From NCBI GenBank assembly GCA_000320545.1, contig ADNK01000425.1, positions 4,447 through 68,446 of the forward strand: a DNA stretch of 64,000 nucleotides. Direction: 5' to 3'. Shown here one piece after another: positions 1 through 13,579 of this stretch (position 1 is its first letter; each line of letters starts with the position of its first letter). The notes below the pieces were generated by a model, which saw only the letters and a program-made list of their open reading frames with translations, ran no database searches and was not told where the DNA came from. A program made the translations under genes and the position numbers. The DNA is from Bigelowiella natans CCMP2755 (lineage: Eukaryota > Protista > Cercozoa).

Positions 1-475
1 ACAATAGACAAGATGATGCGAGTCAAAAAATTATGGTTGCAAGTAAAGTCACAAACTAGGATTCCTTGAATTATTATAGATTATCACAGATAGTGTGCTG
101 CTGCTGCTGCGAATGGCTACCCATAACGGACATCGTAATCGATGAAGTTATCAATTTCCTAATAATAAATGGAAGGAAAGAAAGAACCAAAATTGATGAA
201 TTCTGCATTAAATAAAGAAAACATTTTAAATATAATAATATAAATATGTATACATATATAATATTATAGTGTCAAAGTGTGCGTGAGTGAGTGTATGTGA
301 GAGTATAGTATGTGCAACACTAGAACAACAATACCACTCGATATATTGAATATTTACATTTCTGTAAACAGCAAGGTGGTCATTAAATTTCGAATATATT
401 CAAATATTCATACATACATTTCTCAAAGTAGAAGGATAATAGAACCGATACTACTTTAAAAAAGAAGGAATCAAA

Positions 476-858
476 TTAAACAGTTGTAGGATTTTGTGAT
501 GATGATGATGTTCTTCTTCTTCTTTTGCAGATGATCGTGGTATTCGCCGTCTTCTTGTTATCATTACTATTATTAATATTATTATTATTATTATTGTTAT
601 TATCAACTTTGCCGTCATCAGTGTTGTACTGCTTCAGCTCATTAGTGTCCCAATCTATGGGTTCCTTCAACCAAGGCCTATTACGAAGATCTGCTTCCTG
701 GAAATGTTTGACGAGGATGAGAATGGACAAATATATAATATAAAATGATCATGATGAGTAGTTTTTGCTGCTGCTGCTCTACCCATTCCATACGACGCTG
801 TTTTTCTTCCTCTGTTTCCTCTCGCCAAGGCGCTTGTCGAGGGAACCTTTAACAACAG

Positions 859-912
<54 letters not shown>

Positions 913-1529
913 CAACAGTTGTCATAATAAAAAGAATAATAGTAGAAGGCATGCCGACAATGATTTTATTCACAAAAACCCTCTTCAAAAAGATTATACC
1001 AAAAAAAACACATCGTAATCGATCCTTCCACCATCCAAAAAATGCACAAACACACAGGCACACACATCATATGTGGTATATTTAATATTATATTTCATGT
1101 GTATGTGTGTATGTGTGTTTGTGTGAAAACATTACATAGATGGTTCCATTTTTTCCGGTCGGTGAAAGCTTCCTGTTATGAACCATATAATTGTGTTTGT
1201 CTTCTTCTTGTCTTTAGTTGGGAAAGTTGTAGTAGTAGCGATGTGTAATATGTTTAAATCACTACAAATTAGGAAACACATCGACGTGTGTGTACTTACT
1301 TAATTACAAAACTAGCAGCAACTTACAACTAACACTACTACTACTACTACTTTATACTTGTATGTATATATTACCCAAAATTCCATCTTGACCCCAATTT
1401 TCGTCCCAGTTCTCTGGAGTTTCAGTATCTAAACAAAAACAACAAGCATGATTATGATAGATGATGATGAGGATGATGATGATGATGAGGATGATAATAT
1501 CTAAACAAAAACTCAAGCATGATAATGAT

Positions 1530-1560
<31 letters not shown>

Positions 1561-2240
1561 ATATAACAATAACAGAAAAATGAGCAGATATTGGAAATGT
1601 GCGAAAATCTATGCTAAAACAAAGGGGTACGTACTACCATTTATGTGCTCGAAGGGGGGGAATTGTTGATTCTGTAGAGAAACAAAAAATGAGTCATTTG
1701 ATGACGTTGCTGTTTGACGATTTCATTTTTGCTTTGATAGATCTACAAACTTTACTACATCGTAGCCGTGCGTTTCATAAGTTTCCGGTGGTCCAAGGGT
1801 TTGCGAAGTTATATCCTTCTTCTTCTTCTTAGCCTTCGTCACACCACCGCTTTCCTCTTCCTGTTGTTCTTCTTTGCTACTGCCGCTAGCATCATCGTCA
1901 TCATCATCTACTTTTGCCGCCGCAAATACTGTTGCTGTCCATGGTTCTAGATGATTTCGATATCCATTAGCTAATCTTTGAAAGCGAAGTGAATGTTTGC
2001 TACTGAAGTGCCTAAGTCCCTGTTGAATGACTCTCCCTGGTGCTCGTCGAGTCGTGGCTTGTGCTAGGAAATGAGAGGTCTAACAAAAAATGTAATGCTT
2101 TAAACATGGCAAGGAGAAGTGGTAAATTCTATATTTAGTAGTTTACTGGTTGCAGCACGGAAAGTAGTAGTAGTCCCACAAAGCATAGCAGTGAAATAGA
2201 ATTCTTGCACCGTAGCGTCGTAACCCTGTCAATAGTACAT
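476..2240 (-). CDS. Multi-exon hypothetical protein with probable signal + transit-like leader (start approximate)
   Basis: Minus-strand exons read by hand: SISLLCFVGLLLLSVLQP (hydrophobic), AQATTRRAPGRVIQQGLRHFSSKHSLRFQR (basic, transit-like), an acidic DDDDD/EEQEEE stretch, ETPENWDENWGQDG, and a last exon matching ORF 476..730. No family recognised. Confidence 0.5.
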
Positions 2241-2393
2241 TCTGAAAAATATGACTTGAATTCTTGATGGCTGACAGGTCCAAACCTTGGCACACGTGCA
2301 ATGGAATGCATTCGTGCAGGGAGTGGTTGAGACTCTCACCGATCTTCTTCTGCACAACGTCCCAATCTGCACAACGGTGTGTGTACCCTGATA

Positions 2394-2554
<161 letters not shown>

Positions 2555-2556
<2 letters not shown>

Positions 2557-2655
2557 AGTTAGTTTAGTTAGTTATTCTGTTCGCGTCCTTGACTAACTAA
2601 CTTCCCAGCTATGTTTTTTCACCGAAGTGATTTTCACAGTGGATGTTGTTGTTGA
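2555..2655 (-). mobile_element. Short dispersed repeat (SINE-like), copy 1
   Basis: ttagttagttattctgttcgcgtccttgac..ttcccagctatgtt..caccgaagtgattttcacagtggatgttg; similar sequence at about 7008, 19412, 36262, 36826 and 44345. Confidence 0.7.
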
Positions 2656-3000
2656 GTCAAAGAACCGACTTTAAAATTGACTAGTCTAACTAGGAATAAA
2701 TTTGCATGTTGATACTAATATTAGATTGTGTCGGGTGATTTTGTTGTAGTTCACAATTGGCATTAAGAAGACTTATAGGAGTTTACAGATGACGTACTAA
2801 GCAAATCTAGTCTGATTGGCTGATAAAGAAGCCTAGTATTGTCTACTGATTGATCTGTTTTCTCAACAGCAGTCCTGCTTGGAGAAATCCCTGTAAATCC
2901 CGGTTTTCATCAGCTCCTCGTCCTGCAAATGCAACATTCAAAATTTTGAATAATCTCACTTGTGCTCACGCCCCCGCGAAACAAACAAAATCGAGGCATC

Positions 3001-3918
3001 ATGAATCTCCTCCTGCTATTAGCATTGGCATTCCTGTCCCCTGCATCAGGTTGAATTGAAACAAATTATTAGGTCTACAAAATTAAGAAAGATGATTGTG
3101 CGACAGCGACATGCTGCAGCAAACACGATTTCCTCTCAATAGTCTACCTGATTAGCAAATCCTTGCAGCCAATTGAACATAGTGGGTGTGACCATCCACA
3201 TATACAATTAATTGTTTGCCTGGTATGCTAATTGATAGTCCCTCTCATCTTTTTGAACACACGAATACTAACTATTATAGAAGGCATAAAGCTTCGAGGG
3301 CGTGTTGCCTCTACAAAAAGCGCTCTCAACGTCACTTCGGCCAATACTCTACAGGCCTGCAACTGCCCTAACTGTCCTTGCAACAGCGCTGGTAGCAGTG
3401 CTGCAAGTTCAGAAGAGAACCCAGGTAATGAACCTTTTCTAACCAGCTCATGAAGTATAGATTGCTTTTCATCGTTGCATGCATTTCGGATGGTGTAAGG
3501 CCCGTCGATGGCTTCTCAGCGCATCAATGCTCTCGCGATGAACGCAATACGTGATGTAAATGAGGATCAGCTGATTAATTCGGTAATTAAATGAATCATT
3601 GAATGAATAAATATCATTGTCGAGGAATGAATTATAATGCATGTAGGGGTTTGTCAGATGCACTCATTTCTCATAGTACCACATTAATTCTTATATTCCA
3701 AAGCAACATTCGAAAAAACAACCAAAAATATTTATAATCGTCAAAACAGGACGGAAAGGATGGTGGTGATGGACCAGAGATTTCGTGGGAATCCGTCCAG
3801 CAATCTCTGAAAACATTTGAGTCTAACACTGGCATTGTTCTGGTAGGATTATCCCTATGAATTACTATTCTATGTCCTACTTCACCACGAAATTCGAGAT
3901 GAATCACTTACATATATT

Positions 3919-3962
<44 letters not shown>

Positions 3963-4227
3963 ATGTAAGTAATATGTAGCCTGTTATTCTCTTCACAACC
4001 AAACAGGATCTTAAACACTTTCGATAACACTTAATTTTAAGGAGATTCTAGTAAAAATCAAAGAGCTCAAAATCATATTTTGTTCTCAAATATCAGTGGA
4101 CCACAACAATAGTTTAATTTTTCAATCAAAAATTCAGGATGATATCAGTCAGCACTGGATAGATGCTGGTAGAAAAGAAGGAAGCGATGAAGGGAAGAAG
4201 GAAGGAGAGAAGGACAAAAAAAAATGA
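3001..4227 (+). CDS. Multi-exon hypothetical protein with N-terminal signal peptide
   Basis: ATG at 3001 gives MNLLLLLALAFLSPAS. Later exons: GIKLRGRVASTKSALNVTSANTLQACNCPNCPCNSAG, PSMASQRINALAMNAIRDVNEDQLINS, DGKDGGDGPEISWESVQQSLKTFE, DDISQHWIDAGRKEG..KKK then TGA at 4225-4227; GT-AG junctions. Confidence 0.55.
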
Positions 4228-4379
4228 GAATACGACGAAAAGTATGGCATTAACAGATAAGACCGTGAATGTGAAGAACACAAGGATTTCACATTTTGGG
4301 AGAAATAACAGCCCGTAAGGAGCATCATGTCTGTGCTTGCGCGAGCGCATCTGAATCATTCATTCTACATAATTCTTCT

Positions 4380-4740
4380 AACACGCGCGGCAATTAACGG
4401 TGTTCGGTGCTCCAGCGCCATGCTAGCTAGCTAGCATCTAGCTAGCTAGGCACATAATGCATAGCATCTCAATGTCTATATATGTCAGAGCTCAACGCTC
4501 CGCCGTACTGTTGTCCGCTGTTCACATCGCGAGCCCAAGATCGCTAGATCGCAGCATCGCAGAATGAATTGCTCTGCATGATCGCATAGCTACTTTAGGA
4601 TGACAATTGAAAAGATTGAATCAACTCAATGCATCCATCTCATAGAGTGCCCACACATCACATCATGGTGCGAAGCTGCTGTACGCGTGCTCTATAGCTC
4701 TTTGTGTGACGCGCGGCGATGCGTAGTCTGTTACATCCGT
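4380..4740. other. CTAG/TGCA/CGCG-rich block at convergent gene junction
   Basis: gctagctagctagcatctagctagctagg and cgcg/tgca runs between the 3' ends of the + gene (4227) and PP2C (5096). Confidence 0.6.
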
Positions 4741-5095
4741 GTTGTACATGACTAAAAGGCCAGGCGCTTTGTACAGAAATAATATTTCAGAAGCTCCAAC
4801 AGGGCAAATCCGGAACCATCACATCTTACAGTTTCTTATTTACACTCTCATATCGTGCTTACGATGTGATGGTCATATATTCTGGAGTTTGAGGTTTCGG
4901 TCCCAAATTAATCAGCAAAAGATGATTCTAATTTGAACGATCTCGATCAAGCTTTACAACTATTTGTAATTACGTAATTACATTAACGGACGAGACAGAT
5001 ATTCCTGCCTTTATATATACAGATTCCGTCCGCTGGGATGAGGAGGAGGAGGTGGAGGAGGAGGTGGAGAGGGAGGAGGTAGTAGCGGAATTTGG

Positions 5096-6617
5096 TTATG
5101 ATTTCGATTGCTGGGTGGTGTCAAGTGATGACCCACAATCCAACCCACACACATCCACCACTACTACAGTTACATCGTCCAATTTCATGTGGGTATGTTT
5201 TTGGGTTTTCCAAACTGCTTCAGCCGCTAATCTATTTGCTGCTGCAGCTGGACATCTAATTCTCTTCATCACTTTCCTCGTACGTTTGTTATCAAAAACT
5301 CTCCACATTCCATCCGAAGCAAGGACAAATCTAACGCGTTCCTCTCTCGCAACCTAAATATATCAAACCATACGATTTAATCAGCATTTGCCAGCAGAGG
5401 CGCAGAATACTTAACTTCAAACCTTTATTTCTTTAAACTCTGGGTCGGGAATTATTGCCTTCGAATGCATACCATCGCCTATCGATCTGGTCATCATGAG
5501 GGAGAGGTTGTTCTTACGAGGCAAATCTTGGAAAACTGCGAAGGGACCGACAGCTAGGCCATCCTATAAATAAAAACTTCATCAATAGCTTGTAACAATA
5601 TGTCTTGAATATTAATCACCGCTGTTTGTCTTCGCGTAATTATTGCACCCCCCCCATTCTGTTTCCCATACTCGATTATTCGTGCCTTTCAAGGGTAGGG
5701 TGTGTCATTTAGTTGAAGGAGGTGCCAGGGACATACCAGTAAATTCGAAAACGATGCTACCTTTTCGCGTTCATCTATTGGGGAATGATCTCTTGATACA
5801 TCCTGATAAGTTTCGAATCTTTCCCCTTTAAAGAGAGCCATTCTGCAGTCCCCTGCCCATGAGCATTGTACCAGACGCGAACCTACCATCAAACAGATAT
5901 GATGACTATGCTATGATGATGCTCTCGAATGTACACCTTACCGTCTTCAGAATTCGTGACCCACATGTTCAGTGCACAACTCCCGCTGCTGAATTCTTCT
6001 TTAAGAGACAATTTATTGAGCTCCTTATATGTTGCTGTTATGCAGCTCTCGGGAACTGAGGAAGCAACCAACACATGTATCATTTAAATTTACCTCGGTG
6101 TGTGAGAATTCATAGTAGAAGAGGTCAATAAACCTTTTCGGAGTTTATTATCTTTCCGGGAACCTTTAACAGCATCAGCGACCTTCTTTATAACCCCTGG
6201 TATGCACTTCTCCTGTAGAATGTTCGCCACTCCTTTGCCTCCATGACCATCATAGATTCCCACACTAAATATATCTCCGGACTGCTCATTCGCCTTGTCT
6301 AAGGATTTCACTAATCCTGTTTCTGTGGATCCAATGCCTATCGCATATCTGTCCTCATCCTTGCGTGCAGGGATCTACGTAGAAGATGAGAATTTGAATC
6401 AAACAGCGTAGCGGAGAAAATATATCGTCACGTTTAAAAAAATTACATACAAGAATATTTGCCCAAAATTACCTGACAAACGGCACATCTAACTCCGATG
6501 TGGCTGGCGTTGCCCCCGCCCTCTCTGCAGAAGACGATATCGGTATCGGCCGAACACGAGGCCAGCCCCCCCATTCCAGCGTTTGTCCACAGTTGAACAG
6601 CTTATTGGGCTCAACAT
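5096..6617 (-). CDS. Protein phosphatase 2C (PPM family), multi-exon
   Basis: Motifs EDRY, GIYDGHGG, SWAGDCR, SRDHSP, MTRSIGD, FVLASDGMW, DDVTVVVVD spread across exons. Confidence 0.92.
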
Positions 6618-7007
6618 TGTAATTTTACCCAAACTACAGTTGAATACGTGGCACTGTGAATTTTGTGCCGATGTATAAAATATAGGTCATTATCATCAAT
6701 ATTAAGCCGGAAAAACATGACGCAAGTAATAAATAACTAATGCAAAGAAGTTCATATTAGCTCTTCTTCTCCCATGACTTTTCGCTCAATTTTGTTTTCA
6801 AGATTACGAAGTAAGATGGCATATATCTTAAAATCTTGCAAATTCATCGAAATAAGTAAAAAAATCCTCTACGAACAGCTCATCGCGAAAAGCTCGAGTA
6901 TTAAATCAAAAACTATGGAAATGCTTATGAGACTCTGGATTTGTTGATGAAAACAACAATAACAACAACTTCTAGACAATGAGTTGATTTGAAAACCTTC
7001 CTGCACT

Positions 7008-7075
7008 ATCACTTCGGTGTAACAACATAGCTGGGAAGTCAAGGGCGCGAACAGAATAACTAACTAACTAACTAA
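7008..7075 (+). mobile_element. Short dispersed repeat (SINE-like), copy 2, with (AACT)n tail
   Basis: atcacttcggtgtaacaacatagctgggaagtcaagggcgcgaacagaataactaactaactaactaa, close to the reverse complement of copy 1. Confidence 0.75.
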
Positions 7076-7495
7076 TGATATATTTTGACATGATGGCATT
7101 GTTGTTTTCTCTGCATCAAATTACATAGAAAATTTTGGACAATGAAATATGCGAAATAATTAATAAAATATTCTGGGAAATCCTAATAGGAGCTCGCAAG
7201 TAGGAACGGAACTAAATTTATTTGATATCTATTCGAGAGTAAGTCAACATAGATTTTTCCTTCGTTATTATTGTTATTATTGTTATTCTTGTACATATAG
7301 TATTGGTAGATGTAGTAGTAGTTTTGACAGTATAAAAAAGACTAAAAAAATACCCCAACAAGGAGAGAGGAGGAGTTGAGGAGGAGGAGGAGCAGAGAAA
7401 GTAAAAAGAACGAACGAGTACCCTACCCTACCCGTCTACAATCCTCAGGAACTGAGAAAATAGAAAGAGGCTAAGGAGGAAATAGAACCAAAACA

Positions 7496-9510
7496 ATGCT
7501 CTCGAACGCGACTGCGGTAACAGGGTATCTACACCCTGCCTTCATCCTCCTGCTTCTTGGTGATTCACACTCGGAAAAATATCGGAGTTGTAAAAGTTTG
7601 ATACTCATAAGGCATTCTTTAAACAAAAGGAGCATCTTGGGGAGGTATGGCCGTATTTCTCGGTGTGATCTTAGTAATTATTGGTCTCGACTTCGTTGTC
7701 CGTGTGCTATATTACACTCCTGCTCAACCTGTGCTTCCGAAAGGTTTACGAAGAAGACAAACACGCATTTGTTTAAAGTATTTTAACATAACTTTTTATC
7801 GGAGTAAGACGGAGACGTCGCTCTAATTACAGGAGCATCAAGAGGAATTGGGGTATAACAATTCAAAATTCTAATCAAGCCCAAGTTAAAATTCATTTTC
7901 TATAGAAAGAAATCGCAATTGTTCTGGCTAGGGATCACAAGTTTGATGTGGTCCTTGTTGCACGTTCGAAGAGCGAAATTTCTGTTCTGGCAGATGATCT
8001 TGAGGTATATAACTTTCCAAGAACGATGAAATGATTTGATTTGCACGATTAATAACACATCGTGTGGTAAAATTTTAGAAAAAATACAACGTAAAGGCCT
8101 ATGCGATAGTATCAGATCTTTCAAATGAATCTGGAATCACGTCCTTAATGGAGAAGTATCAAATTTTACGTTGTATTACTTCGGATCAAAAACAAATTCT
8201 TCTTCTAGGTTGAAGAGGAGCAAGTTGTTTGTGTCTTTACTTGTTAATAATGCAGGTAAAAACCAATATATCACCGAAGTTCAGCTTATCTTACAAATAT
8301 AGAATAAAGCCACACATTGCATCGCATACATTGAATAGCGCTATAATTTTATGGTGTGTCTTTTCCTGAATTATCAGGAGTAGCAGACCGGAATCATTTT
8401 GTGAGTCAATCGAAGAAAAAAATAGACTTAATGATGTCCCTCAATGTAATTTGTAATTAGTAGTTTTTGAATTCCGCCAAAAAATTTCAATATTTATCAC
8501 AGGTAGTAGGAACCACAATAATGACGAAAGCCTTTCTTCCTCCGTAATTTTCATTCGAACCCCTGTAAAGAAATTAATGATTCTATTGTATAAAAATCAT
8601 AGAATGGTTGAGAGAGGCTATGGAAGAGTTCTGTTCGTATCAAGTGCAATTGGAATATCAGGACAAGTAAGTGGCACTGTTCAATCTATTCACCGTTATT
8701 ATTAATTTGATTGGAATACATCGATCAGCCAACTCAGGCAGTGTATTCATCTACGAAGGCCTTTGTGTCAACTTTTTGGTATTTTTCTTTACCTCCTCTC
8801 CTATCATCTAATGCGTTGTTGCGTGATTAGGCGGACAACTTTTCCATATGAGTGAGTTTCATGATAATGATTTGATCTCACAATTTATACCCTATTAATT
8901 GCCAAACAGTTCAAGTTTGCGTTTCGAGCTTCGTGACACAGGAGTGCGAGTATCTTGCCTGAACCCAGGAGCCACAATAACATCATTTGCGAAGGTTGTT
9001 GGCCCTTATGACAACAATGACAACTTGGAATCATTTTTGTTGTTAATCGGTGTCTTAAGGAATCTCGAATAACAAGTTCGTTGATATTTACGTTACCAAC
9101 ATTACAATCGAAAGCAGATGCAGTGGTAAAAAACACAGAATCTTATACAGAATAGGCCCTGTCTAACTTTCACGGTAACGTTCTACAGGCACGTGCTGGC
9201 GTCGAAGCAATGCTGTACGGGCAATCGTGGGCTATTACAGGCACAGTTTAACGAGTAATTGCTGGATGATGTCAAAATTCTTGGATATATTTCAGGTTGG
9301 TTCTCACATCTAGTTTGGTTTTGTGGATGGCTTCTTCCGGAGGATCTCGTTTCTTGGTTACCACCTTAATGCCATGTAGCTAATGTTACATCACACACAT
9401 ATTTTGTTGCTAATAGGATTGCCATGATTTTTTGGTGTGATCTGGGCGATGCAATCGATATGGTGTTAATGAGAAAGAAAAGAAGAGTTTGCATGGAAAA
9501 GAAAAATTGA
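7496..9510 (+). CDS. Short-chain dehydrogenase/reductase (SDR), multi-exon
   Basis: VALITGASRGIG (Rossmann TGxxxGxG), FDVVLVARS, LVNNAG, GRVLFVSSA, YSSTK (YxxxK), PGAT; TGA at 9508-9510. Confidence 0.88.
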
Positions 9511-9619
9511 GATGCATTTAGCTATGAAGCACTCAAATGATAGGTGCAATTTTATCAAATATAGCATCGTACGAAATAAACATGCACTTTGTTTCTCACA
9601 TTACAACTCGGCTGATGAA

Positions 9620-10560
9620 CGAGGCTTTAAGATCGCACGTGCCGTGCATGTGCCACATCGTAGATCGTATCATAGAATATTAGAGATTTAATGCATTGAG
9701 TTCAACTACATAGTATACAGTCGGCAACAATCCAGCAATGCACAATATACACTTATCACTTGCTGCAGGTTGTCTGTATAGCTGCCCAGCTCTGCATGCA
9801 CGCTACGCTGTCGCAACATGCGCATGTACGTACATGCACGCGCTAAGTGCATTGTTAATGTGTGTCACGTTTACGTCGCAAAGCTCTAGAAAGGCTGTCA
9901 AGCGCCGCGCACGGTGCAATGTGTGTATATGTGCATGCGGTTGACGATCGTATCGCTGCAGGAACATCACATACTGCATGTGTGACAATTCTGCCAGCGC
10001 GCCAGACTTGCGCTGCAGCAAGTGATCGAAGTAAATGTGAACGCTGCAGAACGCTGCGGCGGGTGCACCACCGATAGCGATTGCTCGCGCGCTTAGTCGC
10101 TGGCTGCGCTTTTCACACACCAAGGTACGCACGCGCTGTGATGCACGTAAGCGTGCACATGCGCACACAGCGTGCGTGCGAAGACGCACATGCGATGCAC
10201 CATGTCAGTCATTGTGGACCATTAATAATTAGACTACATCACGCGATGACTAGCATAGACATGATGCCGACTAGCCGAGTGAGTCCTTTATTTGTTGCGG
10301 CAATAATATTGAATAAGCGCTGGAAACGTTAGCTTCAATGCAGGCTGCACCTGCGCCCGGCGATCGCGATTTGCGTGACCTGTGCTGACTCTGTGGACGC
10401 TACCGGTTCACACGAACAATGGACACATGCTGTTGCACGCATTGCATTCTGTGCTTTTAGTCCTCCCGTGTTCAGTCACACATTGCAAGATGAGAATCGT
10501 ATCAATTGCAAATGAAGTTAATGCAAGCTGCATGCGGACGTGTATGACTTGCTATGTAAG
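9620..10560. other. TG/CA/CG-rich block at convergent junction (SDR/NEK)
   Basis: Dense gcgc/tgca/catg alternating purine-pyrimidine sequence, unlike the flanking genes. Confidence 0.65.
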
Positions 10561-10728
10561 TACACTCGGCCCGTTCATCCAACACAGGGATGTTACTCGT
10601 TGATTTTGTTTTGCATAGAATTGATAAAGGTGCTTGTCTTCCAGAAAGGCATAATGATTGCTTATAATGTCCGATTTGACACTTGCCATAACCAATGAAT
10701 GTAGTGTGCATGAATCCTGGACTGAAAC

Positions 10729-12978
10729 CTACTTCCTGAAAAAACTTTGCTCCATGAAATGCAAATGATCTAGCATATTAAATGACCTAACAACGTTGAC
10801 ATTACGTCTGCGAACGAGGGGTCCCAAAATTTTGGTGAATTCATCAATAATTTTCGACGTGCCCATGTGTGCTAACTTTGCATCAGTATGCACCCGTTTT
10901 ACAAAAGAATATCCTTCTTGAAATCCCTGTTCTCCCAGATCTTGAATGCAGAGTCTTCTCTCAGCCTGAACTGCCTCGCGCATGTTTAGCTGCGGTGGCG
11001 CTGAATCGGAATCCTCCTCGCTCGAATCTGAGTCATCATATGAGAGGCAAAAACTTGCAGTTTGATTATGAATTTCGCCATCCTCTGTCTCATCTTCCTC
11101 GTCTCCATCCACGTTAAGTTCAACCTCAACATGAGTCTGTCCCATGGTGCGTTTCAATTCCATAAGATCTTCTCGTCTCTGTAGGATTGCCTTTTCATAC
11201 TCTGCCTCATTTTTTAACTTCTCTTCTATCATTTCCTCGTCAGTCTCTTCATCTCCTTCATGTTCGCTATGTTCTGGACTTCCATGATGTCTGTATTGCA
11301 ATTTTGCTCGATTTTCTGCAATTTTGTTCTCAACCTTCAGCTGCTGGCGCGCCATTTCCAGAGCCTTTTCTCTCTCGGCTTGTTCAGCAGCAAGTCTCAT
11401 CTTTTTTTTGTGTAATACTCTTTCCTTCGGGGTCATTCTGCTCAAACCTGAATCATCCCCTGAAGTAGATTTGACTGATACCTTCCTGCCGCCCTTCGAG
11501 CGTACATCCTTACCTATCAGATTCTCGATGAACTCGCCAGCACGCTTAAGATTAGCAAGGTCGTGACCGTGGTCCTTCATATTCTCTTCTAACACTTTAC
11601 GATGTTCATCCATTACGCTCTTCTTTTGTCGTGTTTTTTTTTTGGTTACAGGAATCGCGAGTGAGACGTTTCTCCTTTGATCGATTTGTTTCTGCTGGCG
11701 CCTTTTTTCAACATCTCTATGCCCTCTAAGTCTATCTTCTCTGAGTTGTTTTTCTCTTTCCCTTCTTGCTTTATGCTCAATTAGAGCTTCTCTTCGTCTC
11801 CGTGCATCCTCGAGTTTCTTCCTTTGTCTGATTTCCGCAGGAGTGGACTTTCTTTTAACAACTTTGGCGCGCCTCTGATCCCGTTGTTTCCGTTCCTTCA
11901 GTCTTTGTGCCATTCGATGATTTTCTTCTTTATATTTTTTGAAAGCTTCCTCAAGTCTATTCTGTGCTTCTTCTTGCTCATGTAATTGAGATTGGTGTTC
12001 CTTCCATTTTTTTTGCATAGCTTCGCCTTGAGAAACTAGTTTTTCAGCTGTTTTTTTTTGCTTCGCTTCAATCTCTTGTAGAATTTTTTCCATGCCCAAT
12101 TTACTCAGCTGCTCTCGGCAATGATTCAAATTCAATTTTTTCCTCTTATTCTCCCCTGTTTCTCTGAACACCTTCGATAAGTATATTTTCAGTCTTTTTT
12201 GTACGATTTTTTCTTTGAGAATTCTTTTGATAGAAGGTCTCCGCTTTGCGTTAATGTTTAACATAGCTTTTACAAGGTCTCTTAACGTCCTTGAATAGGT
12301 GGAGGAGATTGGTGGATACTTACCCAGCCGGATTTTCATTGCGAGTCCATTCAAATTATTTGCATCAAAAGCGTGCTTTAATGTTGCCATTTCATAGAGG
12401 ACACACCCTAATGCCCAAATGTCAGACTTGAAATTATACTTTTTGTTATCAAAAAGTTCGGGTGACATGTAGTAAGGAGTTCCAATGCAAGTCTGAGCGA
12501 ATGCAGATGTAGAATCCAGCACTTTAGAGATTCCAAAATCCCCTAGCTGGACCATTCCATCTTTCAGGAAAATGTTTTGAGATTTGAGGTCGCGATGAAG
12601 AATGTTGCGTGTATGCACAAAGTGAAGTGCAAGAGTAATCTGAACAAATAGATTGATGATGTCCTTCTCTGGAAGGTGTCTTCCACGCCTTTTCTTCAAA
12701 AAAGAGGTCAGATCGCCGCCCTCGCAATATCCCATCACAATGCATAAGTTCCTTTGATCTAGCGTTATAAACGATTCAACATACTCCACAATTCCCGGGT
12801 GAGCCAGTTCGGAGAGGAGTTGGACTTCAAGTTGAAAGCTTTGCATCTCTTTTTTTGGAACATTCACGAGTCTCATTTTCTTCATCACATAGTTCTCCTT
12901 AGTTTTCTTGCGTTGGCATAGAAAAACTTCCCCAAAAGAACCCTTCCCTATCATCTTTCCACAACTGTAGGCCTCCAT
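10729..12978 (-). CDS. NEK: NIMA-related Ser/Thr kinase (NEK1/NEK4-like), intronless, coiled-coil tail
   Basis: GKGSFG, VMKK, HRDLKSQNIF, LGDFGISKVL, TCIGTPYYMSPE, YNFKSDIWALGCVLYEM; ATG at 12978 (MEAYSCGK). Confidence 0.95.
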   Translation of the reverse strand: MEAYSCGKMIGKGSFGEVFLCQRKKTKENYVMKKMRLVNVPKKEMQSFQLEVQLLSELAHPGIVEYVESFITLDQRNLCIVMGYCEGGDLTSFLKKRRGRHLPEKDIINLFVQITLALHFVHTRNILHRDLKSQNIFLKDGMVQLGDFGISKVLDSTSAFAQTCIGTPYYMSPELFDNKKYNFKSDIWALGCVLYEMATLKHAFDANNLNGLAMKIRLGKYPPISSTYSRTLRDLVKAMLNINAKRRPSIKRILKEKIVQKRLKIYLSKVFRETGENKRKKLNLNHCREQLSKLGMEKILQEIEAKQKKTAEKLVSQGEAMQKKWKEHQSQLHEQEEAQNRLEEAFKKYKEENHRMAQRLKERKQRDQRRAKVVKRKSTPAEIRQRKKLEDARRRREALIEHKARREREKQLREDRLRGHRDVEKRRQQKQIDQRRNVSLAIPVTKKKTRQKKSVMDEHRKVLEENMKDHGHDLANLKRAGEFIENLIGKDVRSKGGRKVSVKSTSGDDSGLSRMTPKERVLHKKKMRLAAEQAEREKALEMARQQLKVENKIAENRAKLQYRHHGSPEHSEHEGDEETDEEMIEEKLKNEAEYEKAILQRREDLMELKRTMGQTHVEVELNVDGDEEDETEDGEIHNQTASFCLSYDDSDSSEEDSDSAPPQLNMREAVQAERRLCIQDLGEQGFQEGYSFVKRVHTDAKLAHMGTSKIIDEFTKILGPLVRRRNVNVVRSFNMLDHLHFMEQSFFRK

Positions 12979-13579
12979 TATTGAAGGATAAAATCGACGC
13001 AGCACTTTACGTGCAAGGAAAATGAGATGGAGGAGGAGGAAACTAGAAAATACTCGAGTAGACAGACAATAAAAGACTGTTCTCGTTTGTGTGAGTTTCA
13101 AATGTCACTCAGATCAAAGGAATGTAGATTGCTGCGGGTTAAATTTAGTAACTGTGGCTTATTTTTGCGTAAAGATGACCATTAACTAATAATTACAGCG
13201 GAATTTTTGGTATCTCTTTTCACCAAATGTATCTTCCCATGTCTGAGATGAGAATTGGATGGATATTATCCTGTTAGCGTGTGGAAATCGTCATTCGTTT
13301 ACCAAAAACGACATCATTTTTTCCAAACTTCGAATACAGATTTATTCATTGTCGTCACATTGAAATGTATTGTAATTGAATTAAATTTATGTGCTCTAAT
13401 AAAGCTGCTACTCTTCCCTCCTCGTCTCCTACGATATCGTAGGCCAGCTTAAGAGAAGGATCAGGTGAGAGGGTGAGGAGGGTGGGAGATTCATATGACG
13501 ACGACGACGATGACGATGATGACGATGATGACGACGATGACGACGACGATCTTGCTTAACACTAATAAAAATATAACAG

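Noticed and set aside
1381-1430. NWDENWGQDG resembles the papain-family NSWGxxWGxxG motif
   Set aside because: No QxxCGSCW or catalytic His context found in the other exons
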